This document shows positions 1-8,200 of a DNA stretch of 21,432 nucleotides, in pieces. Each line of letters begins with the position of its first letter. The stretch's first letter is position 1. This DNA is from Candidatus Sericytochromatia bacterium (GTDB lineage: Bacteria; Cyanobacteriota; Sericytochromatia; S15B-MN24; JAQBPE01): the NCBI GenBank assembly GCA_035285125.1, contig JAYKHR010000103.1, forward strand, positions 1 to 21,432, given 5' to 3'. The notes beneath the pieces are model-generated. The model was not told where the DNA came from. It saw nothing but the letters and a program-made list of their open reading frames with translations, and did no database searches. Both the position numbers and the translations under genes were made by a program.

Positions 1-77
1 TGCCGGCGGTGACGGGGCTGTTCCAGGTGCACCAGCGGGCGCGCCGGGCCGACAAGGGCGTCTGCCCGACGCCTTAA
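1..77 (+). CDS. 3' end of an upstream CDS (partial, product unknown)
   Basis: Frame 3 reads PAVTGLFQVHQRARRADKGVCPTP to TAA at 75-77 with G/C-ending codons; a hairpin follows at 98-117. Confidence 0.45.
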   Translation, partial: PAVTGLFQVHQRARRADKGVCPTP

Positions 78-97
78 CCGAGGCTGAAGGCGGCCAG

Positions 98-120
98 GGG
101 GTGCCCGTTGGCACCCCGTT
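98..120 (+). terminator. Hairpin after the upstream partial gene (possible terminator)
   Basis: Perfect 8-bp stem GGGGTGCC-cgtt-GGCACCCC (98-117) followed by only GTT. Confidence 0.35.
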
Positions 121-185
121 GGCCTTCGCTGCCACAACCTCCTCGTGAGCAGGCCCCGCGCCCGGGGCCCCATGAGGAGGACGCC

Positions 186-623
186 ATGCCCAGCGCCATC
201 AACGCCGTCACCCCGCCCCAACCGGCCCGGCCGCTCGCCGCGAGGCAACCCCAGGCCAGGGCCCACGGGTTCGAGGGAGACAGCATGACGCTGAGTGGCG
301 CGCTGCTCGGCGGCCTGGCCGGAGGGGTCGGGGCCAGCGCGGCCTCCGGCCTCCTGCGCCTCAACCCCGTGGTGACCATCCTCGGCGCCATCGGCCTGGG
401 CGCCTACGCCGGCGCGGAGGCCTTCGGCCAGCTGAAGGAGACGGCTGTGGGGCGCCACCCCAAGGCCGCCGCGGTCGGCGCGATGGCCGCAGGCGGCGCC
501 GCGGCCATCGGGGCCCTGACGCTCGGCGTCACCAGCGGCGCCCTGGTCGCTGGCGCCGCGGCCGTCGGGGCCGTCGTGGGCGTGATCGGCCTCGCCCGGG
601 TGGCCAGCGCGCTGCTGGACTGA
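186..623 (+). CDS. Small Gly/Ala-rich (glycine-zipper) membrane protein, 145 aa
   Basis: SD GAGGAGG at 174-180 before ATG 186. Pro/Gln-rich N-terminus, then about four hydrophobic GxxxG-rich segments (GALLGGLAGGVG, GAIGLGAYAG, AAAVGAMAAGG, GAAAVGAVVGVIG). Confidence 0.7.
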   Translation: MPSAINAVTPPQPARPLAARQPQARAHGFEGDSMTLSGALLGGLAGGVGASAASGLLRLNPVVTILGAIGLGAYAGAEAFGQLKETAVGRHPKAAAVGAMAAGGAAAIGALTLGVTSGALVAGAAAVGAVVGVIGLARVASALLD

Positions 624-627
624 ACCC

Positions 628-658
628 AAAAGCCCCGCCGGACGGGCCGGCGGGGCTT
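628..658. terminator. Intrinsic terminator between the convergent membrane-protein gene and tRNA
   Basis: 12-bp stem AAGCCCCGCCGG (630-641) / CCGGCGGGGCTT (647-658) with a 5-nt loop; AAAA at 628-631 gives a U-run on the minus (tRNA) strand. Confidence 0.75.
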
Positions 659-666
659 CAGAGAGG

Positions 667-739
667 TACCCCCAACGGGATTCGAACCCGTGTTCCCACC
701 TTGAGAGGGTGGTGTCCTAGGCCTCTAGACCATGGGGGC
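667..739 (-). tRNA. tRNA-Glu (anticodon CTC)
   Basis: Reverse complement GCCCCCATGGTCTAGAGGCCTAGGACACCACCCTCTCAAGGTGGGAACACGGGTTCGAATCCCGTTGGGGGTA: acceptor GCCCCCA/TGGGGGT, anticodon arm CCACC-CT CTC AA-GGTGG, T-loop TTCGAAT. Followed by CCT, so a complete CCA is not encoded. Confidence 0.96.
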
Positions 740-760
740 GAGCTTGTTAAGGACGAAATA

Positions 761-790
761 AATATAGCACAAAGGTCGGTGCATTGGCCA
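761..790 (-). promoter_or_regulatory. Putative sigma70-type promoter of the tRNA
   Basis: Minus strand reads TGGCCA-N18-TATATT with an extended -10 (TG-C-TATATT), in an AT-rich patch about 20 nt upstream of the tRNA 5' end. Confidence 0.55.
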
Positions 791-822
791 GCGTTTCTCG
801 CTCGTGGTTCCATGAAGTGCCG

Positions 823-1494
823 ATGCCCCCCGTTCCGATGCTCCTGACGCTGCGCCTCGCGGCCCTCACGACGGCCGTGCTGCTGGTGCTCGGCGCGCCG
901 GTGGCCTGGTGGCTCGCCACGGCGCGCGGGCGGTGGCGGCCCTGGGTGGAGGCGGCGCTCGCGCTCCCGCTCGTGCTGCCCCCCACCGTGCTCGGCTTCT
1001 ACCTGCTGCTCGCGATGGGCTCGCAGGGCTGGCTGGGGCGGCTCTGGGCGCTGGCCTTCGAGCGGCCCCTGGCCTTCTCCTTCCCCGGCCTGTGGCTGGC
1101 GGCGGTGGTGGTGGGGCTGCCGTTCGCCATCCAGCCGATGCTGGTCGGGTTCTCGCGCGTGGAGCCGGAGCTATACGAAGCCGCCTGGACGCTGGGCGCC
1201 ACGCGCTGGCAGGCCTTCTGGCGGATCGCCGTGCCGCTGGGCGCCCCGGGCATCGCCACGGCGGCGGCGCTGTGCTTCGCCCACACCGTCGGCGAGTTCG
1301 GCGTCGCGCTGATGGTCGGCGGCAACCTCCCGGGCGAGACGCAGACGATCGCGATCGCCATCTACGACCACGTGGAGGCCCTGCGCTTCGACGCGGTGCA
1401 CGGCACGGCGGCCGGGCTCCTGGCGTTCTCGTACACCGTGCTGCTCGGGATCTTCCTCCTGCAGCGTCGGGCCGCAGCAGGGAGGGGCCGATGA
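823..1494 (+). CDS. modB: Molybdate ABC transporter permease
   Basis: Motifs ALPLVLPPTVLGFYLL, the EAA loop (ELYEAAWTLGA) and GEFGVALMVGGNLPGETQT. Start uncertain (ATG 823 or 838). Confidence 0.92.
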   Translation: MPPVPMLLTLRLAALTTAVLLVLGAPVAWWLATARGRWRPWVEAALALPLVLPPTVLGFYLLLAMGSQGWLGRLWALAFERPLAFSFPGLWLAAVVVGLPFAIQPMLVGFSRVEPELYEAAWTLGATRWQAFWRIAVPLGAPGIATAAALCFAHTVGEFGVALMVGGNLPGETQTIAIAIYDHVEALRFDAVHGTAAGLLAFSYTVLLGIFLLQRRAAAGRGR

Positions 1495-2294
1495 GGGCCT
1501 GGCTCGCAGGGCTTTGCGCGCTGCTCGGGTGGCTAGGGCCAGCCACCGCAGCCCACGCCGAGCCCCCGCTCCGCATCGCGGCAGCCTCCGACCTGCGGGT
1601 CGCCCTGCCTCGCGTGCTGGCCGCCTTCGAGGAGGGCCGCGCCCGGGGCGTCCGCGTGACGTACGGCTCCAGCGGCAAGCTGCACACCCAGATCGTGCAC
1701 GGCGCGCCCTACGACGTGTTCCTCTCGGCCGACGCGGGGCTGGTGGACGACCTCGTCCGCCGCGGCCTCGCCCGCGGAGGTGCCCGCGTGGCGGTGGGCG
1801 AGGGGCGCCTCGTGCTCTGGGCCCGGGACGACTCCCCCGTGCGGCCCGCAGCCGGGCTGGCCGGGCTGCTCGCGGTGCCTGGCGCCAGGCTCGCCATCGC
1901 CCACCCGGACCACGCCCCCTACGGCCGGGCCGCACGCGAGGCGCTGCGCCACGCGCGGGCCTGGGATGGGCTTCAGGGCAAGGTCGTGCGGGCCGAGAAC
2001 GTGGCGCAGGCGGCCCAGCTGGCGGCCACCGGGGCCGTCGCGGCGGCCCTGATCGCGCGCCCCCTGCTGCAGGAGCCCGGGCTCGCGAGAGGGAGTTCCT
2101 GGCAGGTGCCGCCGGCCTGGCACCGGCCGTTGCGTCAGGAGGCGGTGGCCCTGCAGCGCAGCCGCGGCCCCGTGGCGCAGGCCCTGATCGCCTTCCTCGC
2201 CTGCGCCCGGGGCCAGGCCATCTGCCAGGCCGCCGGCCTCGCCCCCCCCGCGCTGCCGCCCGGACGCGGTATGATGCCCGGCGGGATCCGTTGA
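1491..2294 (+). CDS. modA: Molybdate ABC transporter substrate-binding protein
   Basis: ATGA overlap with the modB stop; signal peptide ending AHA; motifs IAAASDL, YGSSGKL..QI..GAPYDVFLSAD, AIAHP.HAPYGRAA, AENV.QA. Confidence 0.92.
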   Translation: MRAWLAGLCALLGWLGPATAAHAEPPLRIAAASDLRVALPRVLAAFEEGRARGVRVTYGSSGKLHTQIVHGAPYDVFLSADAGLVDDLVRRGLARGGARVAVGEGRLVLWARDDSPVRPAAGLAGLLAVPGARLAIAHPDHAPYGRAAREALRHARAWDGLQGKVVRAENVAQAAQLAATGAVAAALIARPLLQEPGLARGSSWQVPPAWHRPLRQEAVALQRSRGPVAQALIAFLACARGQAICQAAGLAPPALPPGRGMMPGGIR

Positions 2295-2374
2295 GGTCAC
2301 CCGGGGCCTCCTGGCGGGAGGCAGCCCCCCCCCGCGCCCGGCCACGCCAAGGCGCTGACCTGAGGACCTGACGG

Positions 2375-3178
2375 ATGCTGACGACGTGGGCGCTGGTAAC
2401 GCTGGCCCTGTGCACGGGCCTGGTCGGGCTGTGGCTGCTGTACAAGCGCTGGAACAACGTCAGCGTGGTGGACCTCGGCTGGTCGGCGGCCGTGGGCCTC
2501 GGGGCCGTCGCCCTCTGCGTGCTGGGGCCCGGCGAGCCCACGCGCAAGCTCATCCTCGGCGGCGTCGCGGGCCTGCACTACGCGCGGCTCTGGTGGCACC
2601 TGTTCCGGCGCTTCGCCCCCCACGAGGAAGACCCCCGCTACGCCGTGATGATGGCCGGGCGCGAGGGCCGGACGCTGGACGCCTGGGCCCTCGGGATGTT
2701 CGTGTTCCAGGGCCTCGTGGCGAGCGCCCTGCTGACGCCCTTCGCGCTCGTGGCCTGGGACGAGGTCCCCGCCACGCACCCGCTGTTCTGGGCCGGCATC
2801 GCGCTGGCGCTCGGCGGCATGGCGCTGGCCGCGGCGGCCGATCGCCAGCTGCGGGCCTTCAAGGCCGACCCCGCGACGCGCGGCCAGACGTGCCGGGCCG
2901 GGCTGTGGGGCTGGAGCCGCCACCCCAACTACTTCGGCGAGTGGCTCGTGTGGTGCGGGTTCGCGCTGGCGGCCACGCCGGCGTCGTGGCCCCTCGGGCT
3001 GGCGGCCTGGGCGAGCGCCGCGCTGATGCTGCACTTTCTGTGGAACGTCACGGGCATCGCGCCCACCGAGGCCCACGCCCGCAAGAGCCGCGGGGCCTCG
3101 TACGAGGCCTACGTCGCGGAGGTCTCGGCCTTCTTCCCGCGCCCCCCCCGCCTGGGGGCGCCCGACGCCCCCCGCTGA
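2375..3178 (+). CDS. DUF1295 family (steroid 5-alpha-reductase-like) membrane protein
   Basis: Motifs VVDLGWS, EDPRY, ADRQLRAFK, GLWGWSRHPNYFGEWLVW, VTGIAPTE, YEAY...VSAFFP; multiple TM helices. Confidence 0.88.
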   Translation: MLTTWALVTLALCTGLVGLWLLYKRWNNVSVVDLGWSAAVGLGAVALCVLGPGEPTRKLILGGVAGLHYARLWWHLFRRFAPHEEDPRYAVMMAGREGRTLDAWALGMFVFQGLVASALLTPFALVAWDEVPATHPLFWAGIALALGGMALAAAADRQLRAFKADPATRGQTCRAGLWGWSRHPNYFGEWLVWCGFALAATPASWPLGLAAWASAALMLHFLWNVTGIAPTEAHARKSRGASYEAYVAEVSAFFPRPPRLGAPDAPR

Positions 3179-3189
3179 AAGGAGCCCCC

Positions 3190-4284
3190 GTGCCGCTGCT
3201 CGACACCCTGCTCGCCTCCGGGTTCGTGCCCGACCCCCTGATCCGGGTGGGGATCCGCCGCCTGCTGCGCCGGCGCCTGGCCGCGCTGCCGCTCGACGCC
3301 GGCGCGGCCACGGAGGCCTACGTGCGCGCCTTCTTCGAGGCCGCGAGCCAGGGCCCGATCGCCGTCCAAACGCAAGCCGCCAACGAGCAGCACTACGAGG
3401 TGCCGACGGCCTACTTCCAGCAGGTGCTGGGCCCCCACCTCAAGTACAGCAGCGGCCTGTGGGACCTCTCGCGTGAGCAGGACCTGGTGGCCGACCTGGC
3501 CCGGAGCGAGGCCGACATGCTGGCGCTGACAGGCGAGCGGGCCGAGCTGGCGGACGGGCAGGCCATCCTGGAGCTCGGCTGCGGCTGGGGCTCGCTGACG
3601 CTGTGGATGGCGGAGCGCTACCCGCGCGCCACCATCGTGGCCGTCTCGAACTCGCAGACGCAGCGGGCCCACATCGAGGCGACGGCGCGGTCGCGCGGCC
3701 TGACGAACCTCGAGGTGCGGACGGCCGACATGAACGACTTCGAGCCCGGCCGCCGCTTCGACCGCGTCGTCTCAGTCGAGATGCTGGAGCACATGCGGAA
3801 CCACCGGGCGCTGATGACGCGCGTGGCGGGCTGGCTGGCCCCGGGCGGGAAGATCTTCGTGCACATCTTCACCCACCGGCAGGCCCCCTACCTCTTCGAG
3901 GCCGTCGACGCCGACGACTGGATGGCCCGCTACTTCTTCGCCGGGGGCATGATGCCCTCGGCCGACGTGTTCGCGCGGCTGCCGGACGTCGTGCGCGTCG
4001 CCCGGCAGTGGCAGGTGGACGGCCGCCACTACGCCCGGACGAGCGAGGCCTGGCTGCAGCGGCAGGACCGCGCGCGCGCGGCGCTCTGGCCGATCTTCGA
4101 GCAGGCCTACGGGGCCTCGCAGGCCCGGCGCTGGTGGACCTACTGGCGCGTGTTCTACATGGCGTGCGCCGAGCTGTTCGCCTGGCGGCAGGGCCAGGAG
4201 TGGTTCGTCAGCCACTACCTGCTGGAGCCCGCCCCGGCGCGGGTCGCGGAGGCCTCGGCGGGCGCGGCGGGCGCCGCCGGCTGA
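3190..4284 (+). CDS. Cfa/coclaurine-N-methyltransferase-like class I SAM-dependent methyltransferase
   Basis: SD AAAGGAG at 3178-3184 before GTG 3190; motifs ANEQHYEVP, KYSSG, ILELGCGWGSL, FDRVVSVEMLEHMRN, WMARYFFAGGMMPS, HYARTSEAWL. Confidence 0.88.
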   Translation: MPLLDTLLASGFVPDPLIRVGIRRLLRRRLAALPLDAGAATEAYVRAFFEAASQGPIAVQTQAANEQHYEVPTAYFQQVLGPHLKYSSGLWDLSREQDLVADLARSEADMLALTGERAELADGQAILELGCGWGSLTLWMAERYPRATIVAVSNSQTQRAHIEATARSRGLTNLEVRTADMNDFEPGRRFDRVVSVEMLEHMRNHRALMTRVAGWLAPGGKIFVHIFTHRQAPYLFEAVDADDWMARYFFAGGMMPSADVFARLPDVVRVARQWQVDGRHYARTSEAWLQRQDRARAALWPIFEQAYGASQARRWWTYWRVFYMACAELFAWRQGQEWFVSHYLLEPAPARVAEASAGAAGAAG

Positions 4285-4340
4285 GGGCGCAAGGCGCCGC
4301 TTCTTCTCCCACCAGGCACGCGGTGCCCCCGCCAAGCCCG

Positions 4341-4964
4341 TCACACCAGCCGGAGCCGCCGGGCCACGGCCAGCGCCTGGGTGCGGGACTGCACGCCGAG
4401 CTTGTTGTAGATCCGCGCGAGGCCGTTGCGGACGGTGTGCTCGGAGATGCTGAGCCGGCGGCCAACCTCGCGGTTGCCAAGGCCCTCCGCCACCCAGCGC
4501 AGCAACTCCAGCTCCCGCGCCGTGAGCGAGGGGCCGCCGCCGTCGGGCAGCACGGCCGGGGCGCCGGCGACGGGGAAGCGACCGAGCACGCGGCTGCGGT
4601 GGCGAAGCGCCGCCCTCGCGGCGACGGATAGGGCCGCGAGGCCATCGGGCGGGGGGGGCACGACGTCCCAGGCCTGGCAGCCGCGCAGCAGCACCAGCCG
4701 GTCATCGGGCGCCTCGACGCCCCCCACGACGATGATCGGGCTGAGCGCGTCCTGCTCGCGGATCGCCGCCACGATCGTGGCGGCGGGCAACACCGCCTCG
4801 GCCCACAGGAGCACGAGGCTGCCCGGCTCGCGAGCCAGGGCGCTGAGCAGCTCTCCCGCCGTGGAGGCGAGGCGGGGCTCCAGCTCGAGGTAGGCCAGCA
4901 GGGCCGCCAGCTCGTCGCAGCAGGCGGGGGCCGGGGCGTGGATGAGGCAGGGTTCGGGGGGCAT
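4341..4964 (-). CDS. LuxR/NarL-family transcriptional regulator with degenerate receiver domain
   Basis: C-terminal HTH LTARELELLRWVAEGLGNREVGRRLSISEHTVRNGLARIYNKLGVQSRTQAL. The N-terminal REC-like region lacks the catalytic residues. Start at ATG 4964 is inferred. Confidence 0.85.
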   Translation of the reverse strand: MPPEPCLIHAPAPACCDELAALLAYLELEPRLASTAGELLSALAREPGSLVLLWAEAVLPAATIVAAIREQDALSPIIVVGGVEAPDDRLVLLRGCQAWDVVPPPPDGLAALSVAARAALRHRSRVLGRFPVAGAPAVLPDGGGPSLTARELELLRWVAEGLGNREVGRRLSISEHTVRNGLARIYNKLGVQSRTQALAVARRLRLV

Positions 4965-5071
4965 CGGGGCTGGCGGGGTGGTCGGTCGCAGCGAGCGGGC
5001 TGCGTGGCGTGGTCGGGTGAGGGAGCGGGACGTCTGGATCAGGAAGCCAGCCAGGACGCCAAGGTGGATCT

Positions 5072-5112
5072 CCTCTCCCCCGGGAGATGGGCCCACAGGG
5101 CGGGTGAGGGGG
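5072..5112. repeat. Partial REP/RIME-like palindromic element
   Basis: CCTCTCCCCCGGGAGATGG...GGGTGAGGGG matches the right arm of the element at 13725-13770. Confidence 0.6.
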
Positions 5113-5290
5113 CCACACGAAGGCCAAACGGGGCAGCACCCGAGTACGTACCTACCCAAAATTAGGCACATAAATACCTACCACCCAACAACCAGTTGCG
5201 GAAAGAATGATGCGCCGTGCCCGGGTCCACGCGCCCGGCTGCCCCCGGCTTCCCGAAGGCCGCGGTCGACGCCTCAGAAAGAGAGCCCCG

Positions 5291-8200
5291 ATGAACCGAA
5301 TCACGCTGTTGAAGTCCTTGACCGTGCCGGTGGCGTCCGCCATCGTGCTGGCGGCCTGCGCCCCCCACATGGGCACCTTCGCGCCCATCTCCTCCACCGA
5401 GAGCCGCCCGGCCGGCGCCGAGGCGCCCGCGGTGCTCCCGGCCGGGACGGTAAGCGGCCAGGTCAAGACCTACGACGAGGCCAAGCAGGCCTTCGTGCCC
5501 GTCGCCGGTGCGATCGTCGCCGTCGTGGGCACCCAGCTCCTTGCGACCACCGACGCCCAGGGCCATTACCACCTGAGCGGGATGCCGGCGGGCACCCTCG
5601 GCCTGTCCGTCTCGGCCCAGGGCTACAAGGCCTCGACGACCCAGGTCGCCTCCAACGGCGTGATGGGCCTCGCGAACGTGAACGTCGCGCTCGCAGCAAC
5701 CTCGTACGGCCTCCAGCAAACGCCGAGCCAGCCCCGCACCATCACGGTCTTCGGCGTCGTGGCCGACCCGCGCGGCGTCGCGCTGCCCAACGCCACCATC
5801 ACCGCCAACGCCGCCAGCGGCCGCATCGACAAGGTGTTGACGGACGGCGTGACGCTCGTGCAGGCGCAGCGGGACTCGGAGTCCGCAATCATCAAGGCCT
5901 CGGCGGCCGGCTTCTATGCCCTGCAGGTCGGCGGCCAGCTGGCCGCGAACCGCGTCACGGGCCCCACTCAGATCCGGCTCGACGCGAGCGGCATCACGGC
6001 CGGCAAGCTGGAGGTGGAGCAGGCCGCCGAGACGGCCGTGGACTCGCTCGATGGCGGGATGTCCGTCGTCAACCTGCAGTGCAACACCTTCCCGACGGTG
6101 GGCTCACCCCGGGTGGAGAGCCACCCCTTGCGCCAGGGCAAGCTGATCGCCGGCGAGGAGGTTGAGATCTTCGTCCCCAACTTCCTGAGCGAGCGCATCG
6201 ACGAGTACTTCATCCGCATCCACACCCTCGCGCCGATCCAGGGTCACCCTGTGAACGGCACGAACCCGCTGCCTCAGGGGGGCACCGACCCGGACATCCA
6301 GCAGAACAACGCCTATGCCCATGTGGCCTACCACCTCAAGGGCCTGATGCAGGTGGTGTCGCCGCCGACCCCCCCCCCGGGCTCCACGCCCTACATGGCG
6401 CTGCCCACCCGGGAGTCTCTGCTGACCTCGAACTACCAGGACTACGTGCAGGACGTGCTGGCGCTCCGGTGGCGCCCGGGCCAAACGCCTGGCTCCGGCT
6501 ACGTGACCTTCCGCGTGCCCGTCTCGGTGCCGAGCGGCCTGTCGCGCGTGCAGCTCTGCCAGCTGGGCCTGCTGCCGGTCTTGGGCTCGACAATCCCGGT
6601 GTTCAACCTGCAGCCGACACCGCCGGTGCTCTACCGCCTCACCCAGACCACCCCGCTGCCGTACATCATCGACGACCCTAACATGGCAGAGATGGGCGCC
6701 GGCCTCGGCCTGCTGAGCCGCAACGCTGACCTCACGAACCAGGGCAGCCCCACCGACCCGTACCAGGCGGCCAGGGAGCTCTACGCCCCGACGTACGCCT
6801 ACAACCGCCAGGACTTCGACCGCAGCCTGAAGGCCGTGGCGGATGACATGGTGGCCACGACGGCTTACCAGAACCCGCTCAATTACCGGGTGCTGCAGAA
6901 CTCCGATCCCCGCAACGCCCGCTACGTCATCTACGCCAACCACAACGAGGGCCTCGTGCCCACCTCGATGGCGGCGACGGCCTCGATCAAGCTCGAGAAC
7001 GAGCACCCCTTCGTGCCCGTCACCGTCGACGTCGAGCTCAAGCTGCCACAGGGGGTGGATCTCGCCAAGGCCTACTTCGGAGACGACGCGGATCCGGACC
7101 CCAACGCGTCGACGCCGATCGACCCTAACCAGCCGGCCACCGACACCACGAACTACATCGAGTCCAGCCAACTGAACCTGCCGGCCAGCCCGACCATCGA
7201 GCTCATCCGGACAGCGGAGGCCAGCAGCCCCATCCAGATGGTCGGCGCCCCGCAGAACGGCCTGCAGACCTGGCGCATCAAGGGCCTGATGCTCGGCACC
7301 CAGACCGACGACAGGCCCAGCGACAACCAGCGCGACCTCTTCTACGGCTCGCTGGATACCCCCCCCATCGAACCGCGCGAGGCGAAGCGCCTGGAGCTCG
7401 CCCTGAACCTGATGGAGTTCAACCGCAACCCGGCGGACCCGTCGCTGCCCGCGGAGATGAAGCTCACGGACCTCAAGGTCATCAACCCCACCCGCAACTA
7501 CGTGAACACCTACGCGCGGCCCGTCGCCACGATGCCTTACTACGCGCAGGATCTCAAGAAGTACAGTGTCGAGAAGACCTTCGTGCCGCGTCAGGGAGAG
7601 AACGCCGTCGACGTCATCCTCAAGATCACGCCGCACGGCAACTCCGCCCTCTCGGGCCTGCGGATCGTCGACCAGACGCCGCTGCAGAACGACTTCCGGG
7701 CCTACGTCGAGCTTCCGAGCGCGCTGCCGAGCGCGATCAACGGCGACGGCGCGCTGAGGTTCGTCGTGGACGGCGATGAACAGGCCTCCGTCTCGCTGGG
7801 CTTGAACACGGCCAACTCCTTCTACCAGCCAAACCAGGTGGCGCAGTTCCTCAACGCCCGCATCGCCAACTCGCCGCTGGCCAACAAAATCTTCGCCTCC
7901 GTGACGCAGAACAACAAGGTGCGCTTCACGCGGACCTCGCACCTGCCGTCGGCCGGCCTCAGCGTGGCGCCGCTGTCGGGGCCCCTGCCCGCGGCCCTTG
8001 GCTTCGTCGGCAACAACGGCCTGGCGAAGACCAACGGCCTGAGCGCGCCGTTCATCGTCGAGACGTTGGAAGGTCGAGACTACGCCCGCCGCCGCGTCGA
8101 GGTCGATGAGACTGGGGCGGCCAGCGCGGCCGAGCCGGAGATCTGGGGCCTCACCGCGCCTCCAGCTGACGACTTCAACCCGAACAACAACGTGCTCTCG

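Noticed and set aside
624..760. tRNA-Glu as the attachment site of an integrated element
   Set aside because: No integrase in the window and no duplicate of the tRNA 3' end seen; an element lying beyond the left edge cannot be excluded.
740..840. Moco riboswitch or ModE box upstream of modB
   Set aside because: The gap is short, is occupied by the tRNA promoter, and shows no recognisable riboswitch or ModE consensus.
2386..3189. Long N-terminal extensions in the ORF track (2386, 909, 16308, 16751, 17794, 19264 starts) suggesting fusions or frameshifts
   Set aside because: The extensions run through the upstream genes in another frame; each real gene has its own SD or overlapping start at the junction.
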